Assembly (NCBI GenBank): GCA_963717785.1
Contig: CAVQWW010000006.1
Coordinates: 24,190 to 88,189, forward strand
Origin: an uncultured Solirubrobacterales bacterium
GTDB taxonomy: Bacteria > Actinomycetota > Thermoleophilia > Solirubrobacterales > Solirubrobacteraceae
Direction of reading: 5' to 3'
Length of the DNA stretch: 64,000 nt
Positions 22,016 to 31,260 of the stretch are shown piece after piece; positions within the stretch are counted from its first letter, which is position 1; each line of letters starts with the position of its first letter. A model generated the notes under the pieces. That model was not told where the DNA came from. It made no database searches and was given only the letters and a program-made list of their open reading frames with translations. The translations under genes were made by a program, and so were the position numbers.

Positions 22016-23377
22016 TCATGCGTCCTCTCCGCTTGCGGTCGATGTGGCGTCGCCGCCCTCCGCGCTGCCTCCATTGCGCGTGAGGGTCCCGAACAGCCCC
22101 ACCTGGAGCCCCACGACCTTGCCGATGCGGCGGATCGCCTCGCGGATGTCGTCCTCGTGGATGCCGGCGAAGTTGAGGCGCATCGAGGAGGCGCCGCTGC
22201 GCCCGTCCATGTAGGCGGCGCGGCCGGGGACGAAGGCGACGCCCTCGCTCTGCAGCGCCCTGGCGAGCAGGTCGGTGGTGTCGATGTACTCGGGGAGCGT
22301 GGCCCACACGAACAGCCCGCCCTGCGGCTTTGTCCAGCGCGCGGACTCGCCGAAGTGGGCCTGCAGCGCCTGCAGCATCGCGTCGCGCCGGCGGCGGTAG
22401 AGGTCGCGCAGCGTGTGGATGTAGCCCATCCAGTCCTCCTCGGCGAAATACCTCGCGACGAACAGCTGCGTGACTGGCGAGGAGCACAGGTCGGCGCCCT
22501 GCTTGCCGAGGTTGAGCTTCTCGAGCACCGGCCGCGGCGCGACGGCCCAGCCGAGGCGCACCCCCGGGGAGAGGATCTTGGAGAAGGTGCCGAGGTAGAT
22601 CACGAGGTCCGAGGCCCCGCCGCGCCCGGCGGAGGAGGCGTCGAGCGAGTAGAGCGTGGGCAGCTCCTCCCCCTCGTAGCGCAGCAGCCCGTAGGGGTTG
22701 TCCTCGAGGATCAGGAGCTCGCGCTCGCGCGCTACCTCGACGAGTCGCTGCCGCCGCTCCAGCGACATCGTGACGCCGCCGGGGTTCTGGAAGTTGGGGA
22801 TCGTATAGATGAACTTCGGGCGCCGGCCCGCGGCTTGGAGCCGATCCAGGGTCTCCTCCAGCGCGTCGATGGGCATCCCGTCGTGGTCCATCTCGATCTG
22901 CACGACATCGGCCTGGTAGGCGCTGAAGGTGGGGATCGCGCCGGGGTAGGTGGGCGCCTCGGCGACGATCGTGTCGCCGGGGTCGATGAGGGTCTTGCAG
23001 ACCAGGTCGATCACCTGCTGGCCGCCGGTGGTGACGATCACGTCCTCGGCGTCCACGATGGTGCCCTCGGCGGCCATCACCTCGACGATCGTGTCCAACG
23101 CCACGGCCATCCCCCCGGTGGGCCCGTACTGGAGCGCCCGCGCGGTGTCGTGCGCGGCGACGCCGGCCATCAGCTGCGCGTACAGCTCGGGGGGAAACGT
23201 CGAGGTGTCGGGCAGACCGCCCGCCAGCGAGATCACCTCGGGCCGCTCGGTGAGAGCCATCATTTCGCGCATCGCGGAGCTGCGCATCCCACGCGTGCGC
23301 GCGGCGAACAGCTCCTCGTAGCGCGCGAGCTCGCGCGCGGTGGGACGGGCTCTGCGCGTGCCGTCGTCTACCGCCAT
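22016..23377 (-). CDS. PLP-dependent class I aminotransferase (LysN/MocR-type)
   Basis: ISLAGGLPD, PNFQNPGG, EDNPYG, GTFSKILSPGVRLGW. Confidence 0.92.
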   Translation of the reverse strand: MAVDDGTRRARPTARELARYEELFAARTRGMRSSAMREMMALTERPEVISLAGGLPDTSTFPPELYAQLMAGVAAHDTARALQYGPTGGMAVALDTIVEVMAAEGTIVDAEDVIVTTGGQQVIDLVCKTLIDPGDTIVAEAPTYPGAIPTFSAYQADVVQIEMDHDGMPIDALEETLDRLQAAGRRPKFIYTIPNFQNPGGVTMSLERRQRLVEVARERELLILEDNPYGLLRYEGEELPTLYSLDASSAGRGGASDLVIYLGTFSKILSPGVRLGWAVAPRPVLEKLNLGKQGADLCSSPVTQLFVARYFAEEDWMGYIHTLRDLYRRRRDAMLQALQAHFGESARWTKPQGGLFVWATLPEYIDTTDLLARALQSEGVAFVPGRAAYMDGRSGASSMRLNFAGIHEDDIREAIRRIGKVVGLQVGLFGTLTRNGGSAEGGDATSTASGEDA

Positions 23378-23433
23378 CGCTCAAGAGCGTAGCTTGACCC
23401 GGGGAGCACGCGCGGGAGATAGGCTGCGCCACG

Positions 23434-24036
23434 ATGAACAACCTCGCCTTCTACATCGGCCTCGGCCTCGGATTCGCGCTGGCTGCCGGGCTGCGCCCCT
23501 TCCTGCCGGCGCTGCTCGCGGGCGCGCTCGGATCCGCGGGCGCGCTCGGCGTGGGCTTCTCCCACGGCGAATACGGCTTCCTGCAGTCGGGCTGGTGGCT
23601 GGTGGCGATGGCGGCGGCGCTGCTGCTCGCGTGGGTGGCGCAGCTGCGCATCGGAGCCGAGCGCTTCGAGGCGGGCCCGCTGGGCGCGGCGGTGGCGGGA
23701 CTGGGCGTGGGCGTCGCCGCGCTGCTGTTCGCGGGGACGCTCGGGGAGCACGGCGACGCCTCCTGGCCGGGGATCGTGGGCGGCGCGCTCGCGGCGCTGC
23801 TGGCGCAGGCGGGGGTGCGCCCGCTGATCGCGCGAGCTCGCGCGCGCCTCACCGAAAAGGGCGCGCGCGAAGCGCTGACGCTGTACGTCGATGGCGCGGC
23901 GCTGGTGGTGGCCGGTTTGGTGGCGCTGCTGCACCCGCTGGGATACCTCGCGGCGATCCCCTTCACGTGGCTTGCGCTGGGCACCCGGCGGCGCGCGGGG
24001 GAGAAGTACGCGGGGCTGCGGATCCTGCGTCGCTAG
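23434..24036 (+). CDS. Membrane protein, DUF4126-like
   Basis: GLGLGFALAAGLRPFLPALL and multiple TM helices. Confidence 0.7.
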   Translation: MNNLAFYIGLGLGFALAAGLRPFLPALLAGALGSAGALGVGFSHGEYGFLQSGWWLVAMAAALLLAWVAQLRIGAERFEAGPLGAAVAGLGVGVAALLFAGTLGEHGDASWPGIVGGALAALLAQAGVRPLIARARARLTEKGAREALTLYVDGAALVVAGLVALLHPLGYLAAIPFTWLALGTRRRAGEKYAGLRILRR

Positions 24037-24107
24037 GTGCCGGTGAAGCTCCCCCACCGCCGCGAGCCCCCGCGTCCGGCCACGCCCGCCGACCCAACCC
24101 AACGTTC

Positions 24108-25658
24108 GTGACCCCGCCGAAGCTCGTGCTGTGCGTGATCGACGCGATGGCCCCCGCGCAGCTCGAGCGGGCCGTCGAGGAGGGTCAGGCGCCTGTGCTG
24201 AGCGAGCTGATGCACCGCGGTCGCTATGTCTCCGACTGCGTGGCGGCGTTCCCCTCGGTGACGCCGGTGTGCGCGGCCTCGATCGTGACGGGCACCGGCC
24301 AGGAGCGCCACCGGATCCCGGCGATGAACTGGTACTCCCGCGAGGAGGCGCGCTACATCGAGTACGGCTCGAGCTTCCGCGCGGTGCAGCGCTTCGGGAT
24401 CGCGCGGCAGTTGACGGACACGGTCTACAACATGAACCGCGCGCACCTGTCGGCGGAGACGCTGACCGTGTTCGAGTCGCTCGACGACGCCGGCGTGCGC
24501 ACCGCGGGGACGACATACCTGATGTACCGCGGGCGCCACCGCCACGAGCCCCAGCGCGACAGCGCGCTGACGCGGCTGGCGAGCACGCTGATGCGCCACC
24601 CCGTGATGGGGCCGCGCGAGCTGTTCTACGCGGACATCTTCTCCAGCCGCCCCACCGGCTGCCGCTCGGGGCTGGGGATGCCGGGGGTGCGCGACCGCCA
24701 CTCCGGCTGCGTGGGGGCGTACCTGGTGGAGCACGATCTGTTCGACTTCCTGCTGCTCTCGCTGCCGGACAACGACTGGCGCTCCCACAAGGAGGGCCCC
24801 GAGGCCCAGGTGCGGTCGATCGCCGACGCCGACGCCCAGCTCGCGCGCGTCGCGGAGGCGGCGGGCGGCCTCGACGCGTTCCTCTCCGAGCACGCGGTGA
24901 TCGTGATGGCGGACCACTCCCAGGCTCCGGTGAGCGACACGATCGCGCTGCAGGACGAGCTCGCAGAGCTGGGGGTATTGGAGCCCTCCCGAACCCTCTC
25001 CTCCGCAGCCTTGTCACAGCGCCTGCCTGGACGCTCAGGGCGCGAAGAGGCGCGGATCGCCGTGTGCCCCTCCCAGCGCGCGGCGATGGTGTACGCGCTG
25101 CCGGAGCACCGCCGCTCGACGCTGCGCTCCTCGGTGATCAGACGCGCCCTGCAGATCGACGGGGTGGAGCTGACGATGTGGCTGGAGCGCGCTCCAGACG
25201 GCGCCCCGCGGGAGGGCGTGATCGCCAGGCCAGACGTGGGCGAGCTGCGCTTCGCTCCAGGTGTCGGCGGCACTGGCGGCGGCAGCCGGCGCGGCGGTGA
25301 CATCCTCGACACCCGCGGGCGCCGCTGGAGCGTCGAGGGGGAGCTGGCGGTGCTCGAAGCGAGCGTAGGCGAGGGACGCCTGCACGCCCCCGCCTACCCC
25401 GATGCCCTGACACGGGTCTGGTCGGCGCTCACGTGCCCGACCTCGGGCGACGTGCTCCTGTCCGCCGCCCCCGGCTACGAGTTCCTCGATTGGGGCCGCC
25501 AGGCCCACGTCGGCGGCGGCTCCCACGGCTCGCTGCACGCAAGCGACTCGCTCGGGGCGCTGGTCCTGTGCGGGGTCGAGCCGCGGCCGGGCGAGGAGCC
25601 GGCTCAGTGGGCGATCCGCGACGTGGCGCGGCTGGTCACCGGCCATTTTGGCCTTTGA
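24108..25658 (+). CDS. Alkaline phosphatase superfamily nucleotide pyrophosphatase/phosphodiesterase
   Basis: VIDAM, FPSVTP..ASIVTG, D..SH..GP, ADHSQ, GSHGSL. Confidence 0.88.
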   Translation: MTPPKLVLCVIDAMAPAQLERAVEEGQAPVLSELMHRGRYVSDCVAAFPSVTPVCAASIVTGTGQERHRIPAMNWYSREEARYIEYGSSFRAVQRFGIARQLTDTVYNMNRAHLSAETLTVFESLDDAGVRTAGTTYLMYRGRHRHEPQRDSALTRLASTLMRHPVMGPRELFYADIFSSRPTGCRSGLGMPGVRDRHSGCVGAYLVEHDLFDFLLLSLPDNDWRSHKEGPEAQVRSIADADAQLARVAEAAGGLDAFLSEHAVIVMADHSQAPVSDTIALQDELAELGVLEPSRTLSSAALSQRLPGRSGREEARIAVCPSQRAAMVYALPEHRRSTLRSSVIRRALQIDGVELTMWLERAPDGAPREGVIARPDVGELRFAPGVGGTGGGSRRGGDILDTRGRRWSVEGELAVLEASVGEGRLHAPAYPDALTRVWSALTCPTSGDVLLSAAPGYEFLDWGRQAHVGGGSHGSLHASDSLGALVLCGVEPRPGEEPAQWAIRDVARLVTGHFGL

Positions 25659-25665
25659 TAGGGCC

Positions 25666-28056
25666 TTAGCTCACCGTGCTGCACCCCCGCGTGCGCCCGG
25701 CCGGCAGCAGGCGGTAGACGTCCAGCGCGCTGTTGGAGAACACAAGCCGGCTCACGCTCGCTGGCTCGGCCGCGCCGCCGCCGTGGATCTTGTCGATCAG
25801 GACGTAGCTGACGCCGTCGTTGCGCAACTGCGCCAGCGCCGCTGGGTCTCCCTGCGCGAGCGCCTGCGTGTTGAGCTTGTAGCGCGCTGGGAAGGGCTGT
25901 GCCTCCAGGCCGTTGGCGGTGTACTTCCAGCTTTCGAGGAACACGCGGCGTTCGGTGAAGGCGGAGTAGTAGAAGTACAGCGACTTGGCTGGCGGGGCGC
26001 TTTCGTAGTGGTTGTTGACCGCGAGCACGTCGCAGCTGCTGGTGTGCGCACGGGTCCACAGCAGGCCCCGGTACAGCGCTGCGGTCATCCCGTAGCTGCT
26101 CGCTGAATCCGGTACGGCCTGCTGTTCGTGGTGGACCGTCTTCCACGCTCCCACCCCGTCGAGCGTCATCGGCTTCACGAGGCCGAGCACGGTGAGCAGG
26201 GGGATGCAGCACGCCACGATCCGTGCGAGGCGGGTGGGGACGGTGGGTGAGAACAGGCGCGCCAGGCGCAGGACTGCGAGCGCGAGCACGAGCGCGAGCA
26301 GGCCGTAGACGAGCAGATACCAGAGCTTGCGCGAATGACCCGCCAGCGGCAATGTCTGCGTGAGTCCCGCCAGCGTCAGTCCCACAGCGAGCACGATCGC
26401 GCAGGCGCCCAGCAGCGGTCGCCTCGCCTCTATCGGAGTGTCGCTCCACAGGTTCACCAATCCCAGCGCCGCCACGGGTAGCAGCGCGATGTAGCCGTAG
26501 ATGAGAAAGACTCCCTCGACTCCGTCGGGAGCGCCCAGCGTCACATATGCCAGCACCCCTACGAAGAACATGCAGAGCAGGAGGTTGACCGAGGGCGAGA
26601 GGGGCTCGTCTCTCCTGAGCAGCCACATCGCGCCCAGCAGTGGCGCGAGCAGGACGACCGCCAGCAGCGGCCCACCGATTGCCAGCGTCGGGATCCAGAG
26701 CCAGGACTGTCCACTGAACGATCGCAGGGCGTTTTTCATAGATACGAAGCTCGATCCGGTGTTGAGGAAATCGAACGGATGCAGCCCCAGGTAGCCGGAC
26801 ATGCCCCCCGCGAGCATCACGAAGTACACCGCGCCGATGCTCACGATCGACACGATCAGGCAGAGCAGCAGCAGGCGCGCCGGTCTGCCGGCGATCGCCG
26901 ACACGAGCCAGAACAGCCCGAGACCTCCGATGAAGACCGCCGCCGCGAAGGTCTTCGCGGCTCCACAGCCGAGGATCAGCAGGGCCACCAGCACGAGCGC
27001 GCGCTTCGAGCCGGGCACGTCGTCGCTCAGCAGGCGAGACTGAACCACCGCCAGCAGGGCAAGGAAGAAGGGAACGCCGAACGCGAACGTGGGACTCGCC
27101 CAGAACTGGCTGAATGGGTTGATGTGAAACAGTTCGGTGTGGATCGGGTCCAGGTTCAGGTCCGCCAGGGCGAGCATGAGGACCGCCGCGAGGGGACCCG
27201 TCCAGCGCGCACGCCCCACCGAGCCGCCGATCGAGCTGCCCAGGAACCAGAGCTGCAGCGCGGTGAGGAGCAGCATCGTGGCGGGGAACAGCCGCAGGAT
27301 CGTCGTGGACATCGCCACGCCCGCGAGCTGGTTCGCCGCGGCGACGTGCATGAAGGCACCCGTGTAGTAGTGAAACGGCTGGCCCGCCACCCAGGGTTCG
27401 GTCATCGGCCAGTGATGGCGCGCCTCCGCGGCGAGGGATATGTCGAACACGTTGTCGACGGCGTAGAAGACGCTGCGCGCGTGCGCCGGCAGCGGCGCGT
27501 GGGTGTAGAAGGCGAATGCCAGCAGGAGGATCGCGGCGGAGATCGCCCCCGCCACCACGAGGGCTTCGCGCTCGTGCCCACGCGCAGCCGCGCCGTCACC
27601 GACGCCGGAATCCTCTTCCCACCCAGCTGACCCGTTCGTCCGTGCCGCCGAAGTGCCGCCACTCACGCTGGAGGCGCCCCGCTGCGCCCCAGTACCCTTG
27701 CGCAGGCGCCTCACCACGAGGGGTCCCATCGTGAGGAGCGCTAGCAGCGGCAGCAGCGCGTAGGCGCCGCGCGCGCCCAGCGCGGCGGTCAGCGCGAACC
27801 AGCCCACCTCCAGCGCGTATCCGCAGGGCCAGCCGATCGCGAGGGTCCGCAGCCAACCTCCCGGCTCGGGGCTGAGCGACACGTAGAGGAGACAGCCGGG
27901 CAGCAGCGTGTAGAAGGCTTCGAAGGCGATGAACCGCAGCGCTTCTCCCGCGGGCACCCCCGACAGCAGCCAGGTTGCGCACAGCGCGACTCCCACCACG
28001 AGCGCCGCCAGGTATTGCCCGGCGCAGCCGATCCTCAGGCGGCGCTCGGCGCGCAC
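25666..28056 (-). CDS. Large polytopic membrane protein, probable GT-C-type glycosyltransferase
   Basis: Many TM segments, periplasmic loop with DN..F and GQPFHYY, soluble C-terminus; last gene of a sugar operon. Confidence 0.6.
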   Translation of the reverse strand: MRAERRLRIGCAGQYLAALVVGVALCATWLLSGVPAGEALRFIAFEAFYTLLPGCLLYVSLSPEPGGWLRTLAIGWPCGYALEVGWFALTAALGARGAYALLPLLALLTMGPLVVRRLRKGTGAQRGASSVSGGTSAARTNGSAGWEEDSGVGDGAAARGHEREALVVAGAISAAILLLAFAFYTHAPLPAHARSVFYAVDNVFDISLAAEARHHWPMTEPWVAGQPFHYYTGAFMHVAAANQLAGVAMSTTILRLFPATMLLLTALQLWFLGSSIGGSVGRARWTGPLAAVLMLALADLNLDPIHTELFHINPFSQFWASPTFAFGVPFFLALLAVVQSRLLSDDVPGSKRALVLVALLILGCGAAKTFAAAVFIGGLGLFWLVSAIAGRPARLLLLCLIVSIVSIGAVYFVMLAGGMSGYLGLHPFDFLNTGSSFVSMKNALRSFSGQSWLWIPTLAIGGPLLAVVLLAPLLGAMWLLRRDEPLSPSVNLLLCMFFVGVLAYVTLGAPDGVEGVFLIYGYIALLPVAALGLVNLWSDTPIEARRPLLGACAIVLAVGLTLAGLTQTLPLAGHSRKLWYLLVYGLLALVLALAVLRLARLFSPTVPTRLARIVACCIPLLTVLGLVKPMTLDGVGAWKTVHHEQQAVPDSASSYGMTAALYRGLLWTRAHTSSCDVLAVNNHYESAPPAKSLYFYYSAFTERRVFLESWKYTANGLEAQPFPARYKLNTQALAQGDPAALAQLRNDGVSYVLIDKIHGGGAAEPASVSRLVFSNSALDVYRLLPAGRTRGCSTVS

Positions 28057-28108
28057 CGCGCCCGCCCCCGCCGTGCCCGGACCGGCGAGGGATATCGAGC
28101 GTTCTTCG

Positions 28109-28633
28109 CTAATCGTCCTCCCTCCCCCGCCCTCCGACGAGCGCGAGGAACTCGTCGTAGTCGTGGATGTAATCCTCCGGCTCGTACGGTCGCGAAGCCA
28201 GCACCAGCAGCAGCGCGTCGGCGCTGTAGCGGTACTGAATGCCCCAGGTCATCGGCGGCAGGTAGAGGCCGAGGCTGGGGTCCTCCAGCGCGACCTTCTC
28301 GCGCACCCGTCCGTCGTCCACCGCCACCGCGATGCTGCCCACCAAGCAGATCAGGAACTGCTTGCAGCGGCGGTGGGCGTGCGCTCCGCGGAGATCCTTC
28401 GACGGCACCCGCATCACGCTGAAGACGCGCAGCGGGATGAAGGGAACGTGGCTGTTCACCTCCGCGGCCACCAGGGTGCCGCGCGGGTCGGTGGCGCGGA
28501 CGAGCCGGTGCAGAGTGACGCCCGCCACACCCAGCCGCTTTGGCTCGGTGGCGCGCTCGGAGGGCGGCTCCACGCGCACCGCGCGGCGGCGTTCGTTGCC
28601 GCCCGAGCCGGCGCGCGTGCCAAGCGAGCTCAT
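28109..28633 (-). CDS. dTDP-4-keto-6-deoxyhexose 3,4-ketoisomerase (FdtA/QdtA cupin)
   Basis: DPRGTL, RGAHAH, LYLPPMTW, LLVLASRPYEPEDYIHDY. Confidence 0.9.
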   Translation of the reverse strand: MSSLGTRAGSGGNERRRAVRVEPPSERATEPKRLGVAGVTLHRLVRATDPRGTLVAAEVNSHVPFIPLRVFSVMRVPSKDLRGAHAHRRCKQFLICLVGSIAVAVDDGRVREKVALEDPSLGLYLPPMTWGIQYRYSADALLLVLASRPYEPEDYIHDYDEFLALVGGRGREDD

Positions 28634-29073
28634 GGTCGCGGCGGCACACTCGACACGCCGAATATCCGCCGTCCCCCGAGGAAGTTCAGGGGCACTGTCA
28701 CCGCCAGGACGGCGCCCACCGCGATCAGGTGAGAGCTGTGCAGCTCGCTGCTCGCGACGTGCACGATCGTGACGCCGAGCAGGTAGACGGCGACATACCA
28801 CCCCAAAAAGCGCGCGGTGGCGCGCGGAGGCGGCTGGCGGTGGAAGACGAAGCGCACCGTCACGAACGCCGTGAAGGTGAGCCCGATGACGTACACGATC
28901 GTGTAGGCGACGTCGATCGCCAGCCAGCTGGCGAGCAGCACCAGCAGCCCGGCGGTGATCGCGGTGTTCACCGTGCCGGCGGCGATGAAGCGCAGCAGGC
29001 GCCTGAATTCGGGGCTGGACCGCGGCCCGAAATCGCCGGCGAGCATCGGGACGCTAGGTCCGGTCGTGGGCAT
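28630..29073 (-). CDS. GtrA family flippase
   Basis: LLRFIAAGTVNT, RFVF, VPLNFLG..IF. Confidence 0.85.
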   Translation of the reverse strand: MPTTGPSVPMLAGDFGPRSSPEFRRLLRFIAAGTVNTAITAGLLVLLASWLAIDVAYTIVYVIGLTFTAFVTVRFVFHRQPPPRATARFLGWYVAVYLLGVTIVHVASSELHSSHLIAVGAVLAVTVPLNFLGGRRIFGVSSVPPRP

Positions 29074-30082
29074 CGAAATCCTCGACGAGCGTGTGTACCG
29101 AGTCCGGGCGCCGCTTGCTGTTCTCGTAGGTGCGCCACACGTAGGAGCCCACCACGCCGATACCCGACAGCGTCAGGGAGCCCATCCCGAGCATCGTCAG
29201 CATCAGGGGCGTATAGCCGGCCACCCGGATCCCCCCGAGCAGCCAGCCGAGGAAGACAGCGGTCGCGGCGATCAGCGACAGCAGCACCCCCGTGACCCCG
29301 ACCGTGAGCAGCAGGTTGATGGGAAGGTCGGTGAACGAGTAGGTGCTGTCGAACAGGTAGCGCACCTTCTTGCGCAACGTCCAGGCGCTGCGCCCAGCGG
29401 GCCGCGGGGCGCGATCGTAGGGGATCTCCACACGCCGGAAGCCCAGCCAGATGAGCAGGCCGACGAGGCTGCTGTGGGCCTCCTTCAGCGACATCAGGCG
29501 ATCGCGCACCTGACGCGTGCACGCGAACGTGTCAACGCCGCCGCGCGGCATCTGGGGCTGGACCAGGCGGCAGTAGACCGTCCAGAACCAGAAGGAGCCG
29601 AGGCGGCTCGCCCAGGGGTCCTGGCGCGTACGGCGCACGCCCAGCGCCACGTCGCAGTCGCCGCGGGAAAGCGCCGCGAAGAAGTCGAGCACCAGCTCCA
29701 CCGGCTCCTGCAGGTCGGCTGCCATGATCGCCATGTAGCGGCCGCTGGCCAGCTGCAGGCCGGTGCGGATCGCGGCGAGGGCGCCGAAGTTGCGCGAGTG
29801 CCAGACCAGGCGGGAGCGCAGCGGGCTGTCTTCGAGCAGCTCTCTGAGCACCGCGCCGGACTCGTCCGGCGAGCCGTCGACGACGAAGATCGTCTCCAGG
29901 CCGCGATCCATCTGCGCGGACAGCTGCTCGAGCCGCTCGATGAGCGCGGGCAACGTCTCGAGGTTGCGGTACACGGGCACCACCACGGTCGCGATCGGCG
30001 CAGTCTGTTCCTCCCCCCGTGCTTCCTCGCGAGCCTCCCCGCGCGTTCCCTCGCGCGCCTCGACCAGGATCTGGGCGCTCAT
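29054..30082 (-). CDS. GT2 polyprenyl-phosphate glycosyltransferase (GtrB/ArnC-like)
   Basis: VVPVYRN, VDGSPD, SRNFG, MAADLQEP, two C-terminal TM helices. Confidence 0.9.
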   Translation of the reverse strand: MSAQILVEAREGTRGEAREEARGEEQTAPIATVVVPVYRNLETLPALIERLEQLSAQMDRGLETIFVVDGSPDESGAVLRELLEDSPLRSRLVWHSRNFGALAAIRTGLQLASGRYMAIMAADLQEPVELVLDFFAALSRGDCDVALGVRRTRQDPWASRLGSFWFWTVYCRLVQPQMPRGGVDTFACTRQVRDRLMSLKEAHSSLVGLLIWLGFRRVEIPYDRAPRPAGRSAWTLRKKVRYLFDSTYSFTDLPINLLLTVGVTGVLLSLIAATAVFLGWLLGGIRVAGYTPLMLTMLGMGSLTLSGIGVVGSYVWRTYENSKRRPDSVHTLVEDFDAHDRT

Positions 30083-31260
30083 CGCGGCGACCTCGCGATC
30101 CTGCGCGGCGTGGCGCTGGGAGTGGGTCGGGCCGCCCGCGAATGGGTCCCCAGGGACCCGGCGATTCCGTGGAGCGCGGCGCAGATGGTCTGCACCTCGC
30201 CGTCCTCCAGCTGGGGGAAGCAGGGCAGCGAGAGAACCTCCCGCGCCGCGGCCTCCGTCACCGGCAGCGCCGCCCCCGGCGCCGCGATCGCTGGCTGCCT
30301 GTGGTCGGGGATGGGGTAGTGGATGGCCGTCGCGATTCCCTGCGCCCCGAGCTCCGCGGCGAGGGCGGCGCGGTGTCTCGATCGCACGACGGCCAGGTGG
30401 GCGACGTAGTCCTCCTCCCCGCCGTGGAGGAAGCTCACGGGCGTGCGGGCAAGCGCCTCGGCGTAGCGCCGCGCGATTGTCCGACGGCGCGCGTTACAGC
30501 TGTCGAGCTCGCCGAGCCGTGCGCGCAGCACGGCCGCCTGGATCTCATCGAGGCGGGAGTTCGCACCGCCGTCTTCCACGACCTCGTACCGCTTGCGCCA
30601 CCCGTACTGCGCCAGCCTGCGCACCCTGCGCGCCACCTCCTCCCTGGAGGTGACCACCGCGCCGCCATCGCCCAGCGCGCCGAGGTTCTTCGTGGGGTAG
30701 AAGCTGAAGGCTGCCGCATCGCCGATGCTCCCCGCCGCCCGGCCGCCGGCGCGTGCGCCCGCGGCCTGCGCGCAGTCCTCGAGCACCCGCACTCCGCGAG
30801 CGTGGCAGAGCTCCGCGATCGCCGCCACCGGCGCCATCTTGCCGTAGAGATGCGTGACGATCACGACCTGCGTGCGCGATGTCAGCGCCCGCTCGACCGT
30901 CTCCGGGGTGAGTAGCAGGCTGCCGTCCTCGACATCGGCGAAGCGGACGGCGAGGTTGCGCCGCCGCGCCGCGAGCGTGCCGTAGCCGCCCGCGTTCGCG
31001 GCAACCACCACCTCCGCGCCCGGGGTCGCTCCTAGCGCCGCGAGCGCCAGTTCCAGGGCGTCGGTGCCGCTGCCCACGCACACCGCGTGATCGGCTCCGA
31101 GATAGTCAGCGAACTCTCGCTCGAAGGCCTCGGTCTCCTCTCCCAGCAGATAGCGCCCGCTGCTCGCCACTCGCTCGACAGCGGCCAGGGCCTCGCCGTC
31201 CGCGGCCGCCGCGCGGCGCAGGTCGTTGAAGGGAATCGCGTGCGCCACGACCATCGTCAT
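30079..31260 (-). CDS. DegT/FdtB-type sugar aminotransferase
   Basis: SGTDAL, HLYG, EDCAQA, FSFYPTKNLGALGDGG, NSRLDEIQAA. Confidence 0.92.
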   Translation of the reverse strand: MTMVVAHAIPFNDLRRAAAADGEALAAVERVASSGRYLLGEETEAFEREFADYLGADHAVCVGSGTDALELALAALGATPGAEVVVAANAGGYGTLAARRRNLAVRFADVEDGSLLLTPETVERALTSRTQVVIVTHLYGKMAPVAAIAELCHARGVRVLEDCAQAAGARAGGRAAGSIGDAAAFSFYPTKNLGALGDGGAVVTSREEVARRVRRLAQYGWRKRYEVVEDGGANSRLDEIQAAVLRARLGELDSCNARRRTIARRYAEALARTPVSFLHGGEEDYVAHLAVVRSRHRAALAAELGAQGIATAIHYPIPDHRQPAIAAPGAALPVTEAAAREVLSLPCFPQLEDGEVQTICAALHGIAGSLGTHSRAARPTPSATPRRIARSPR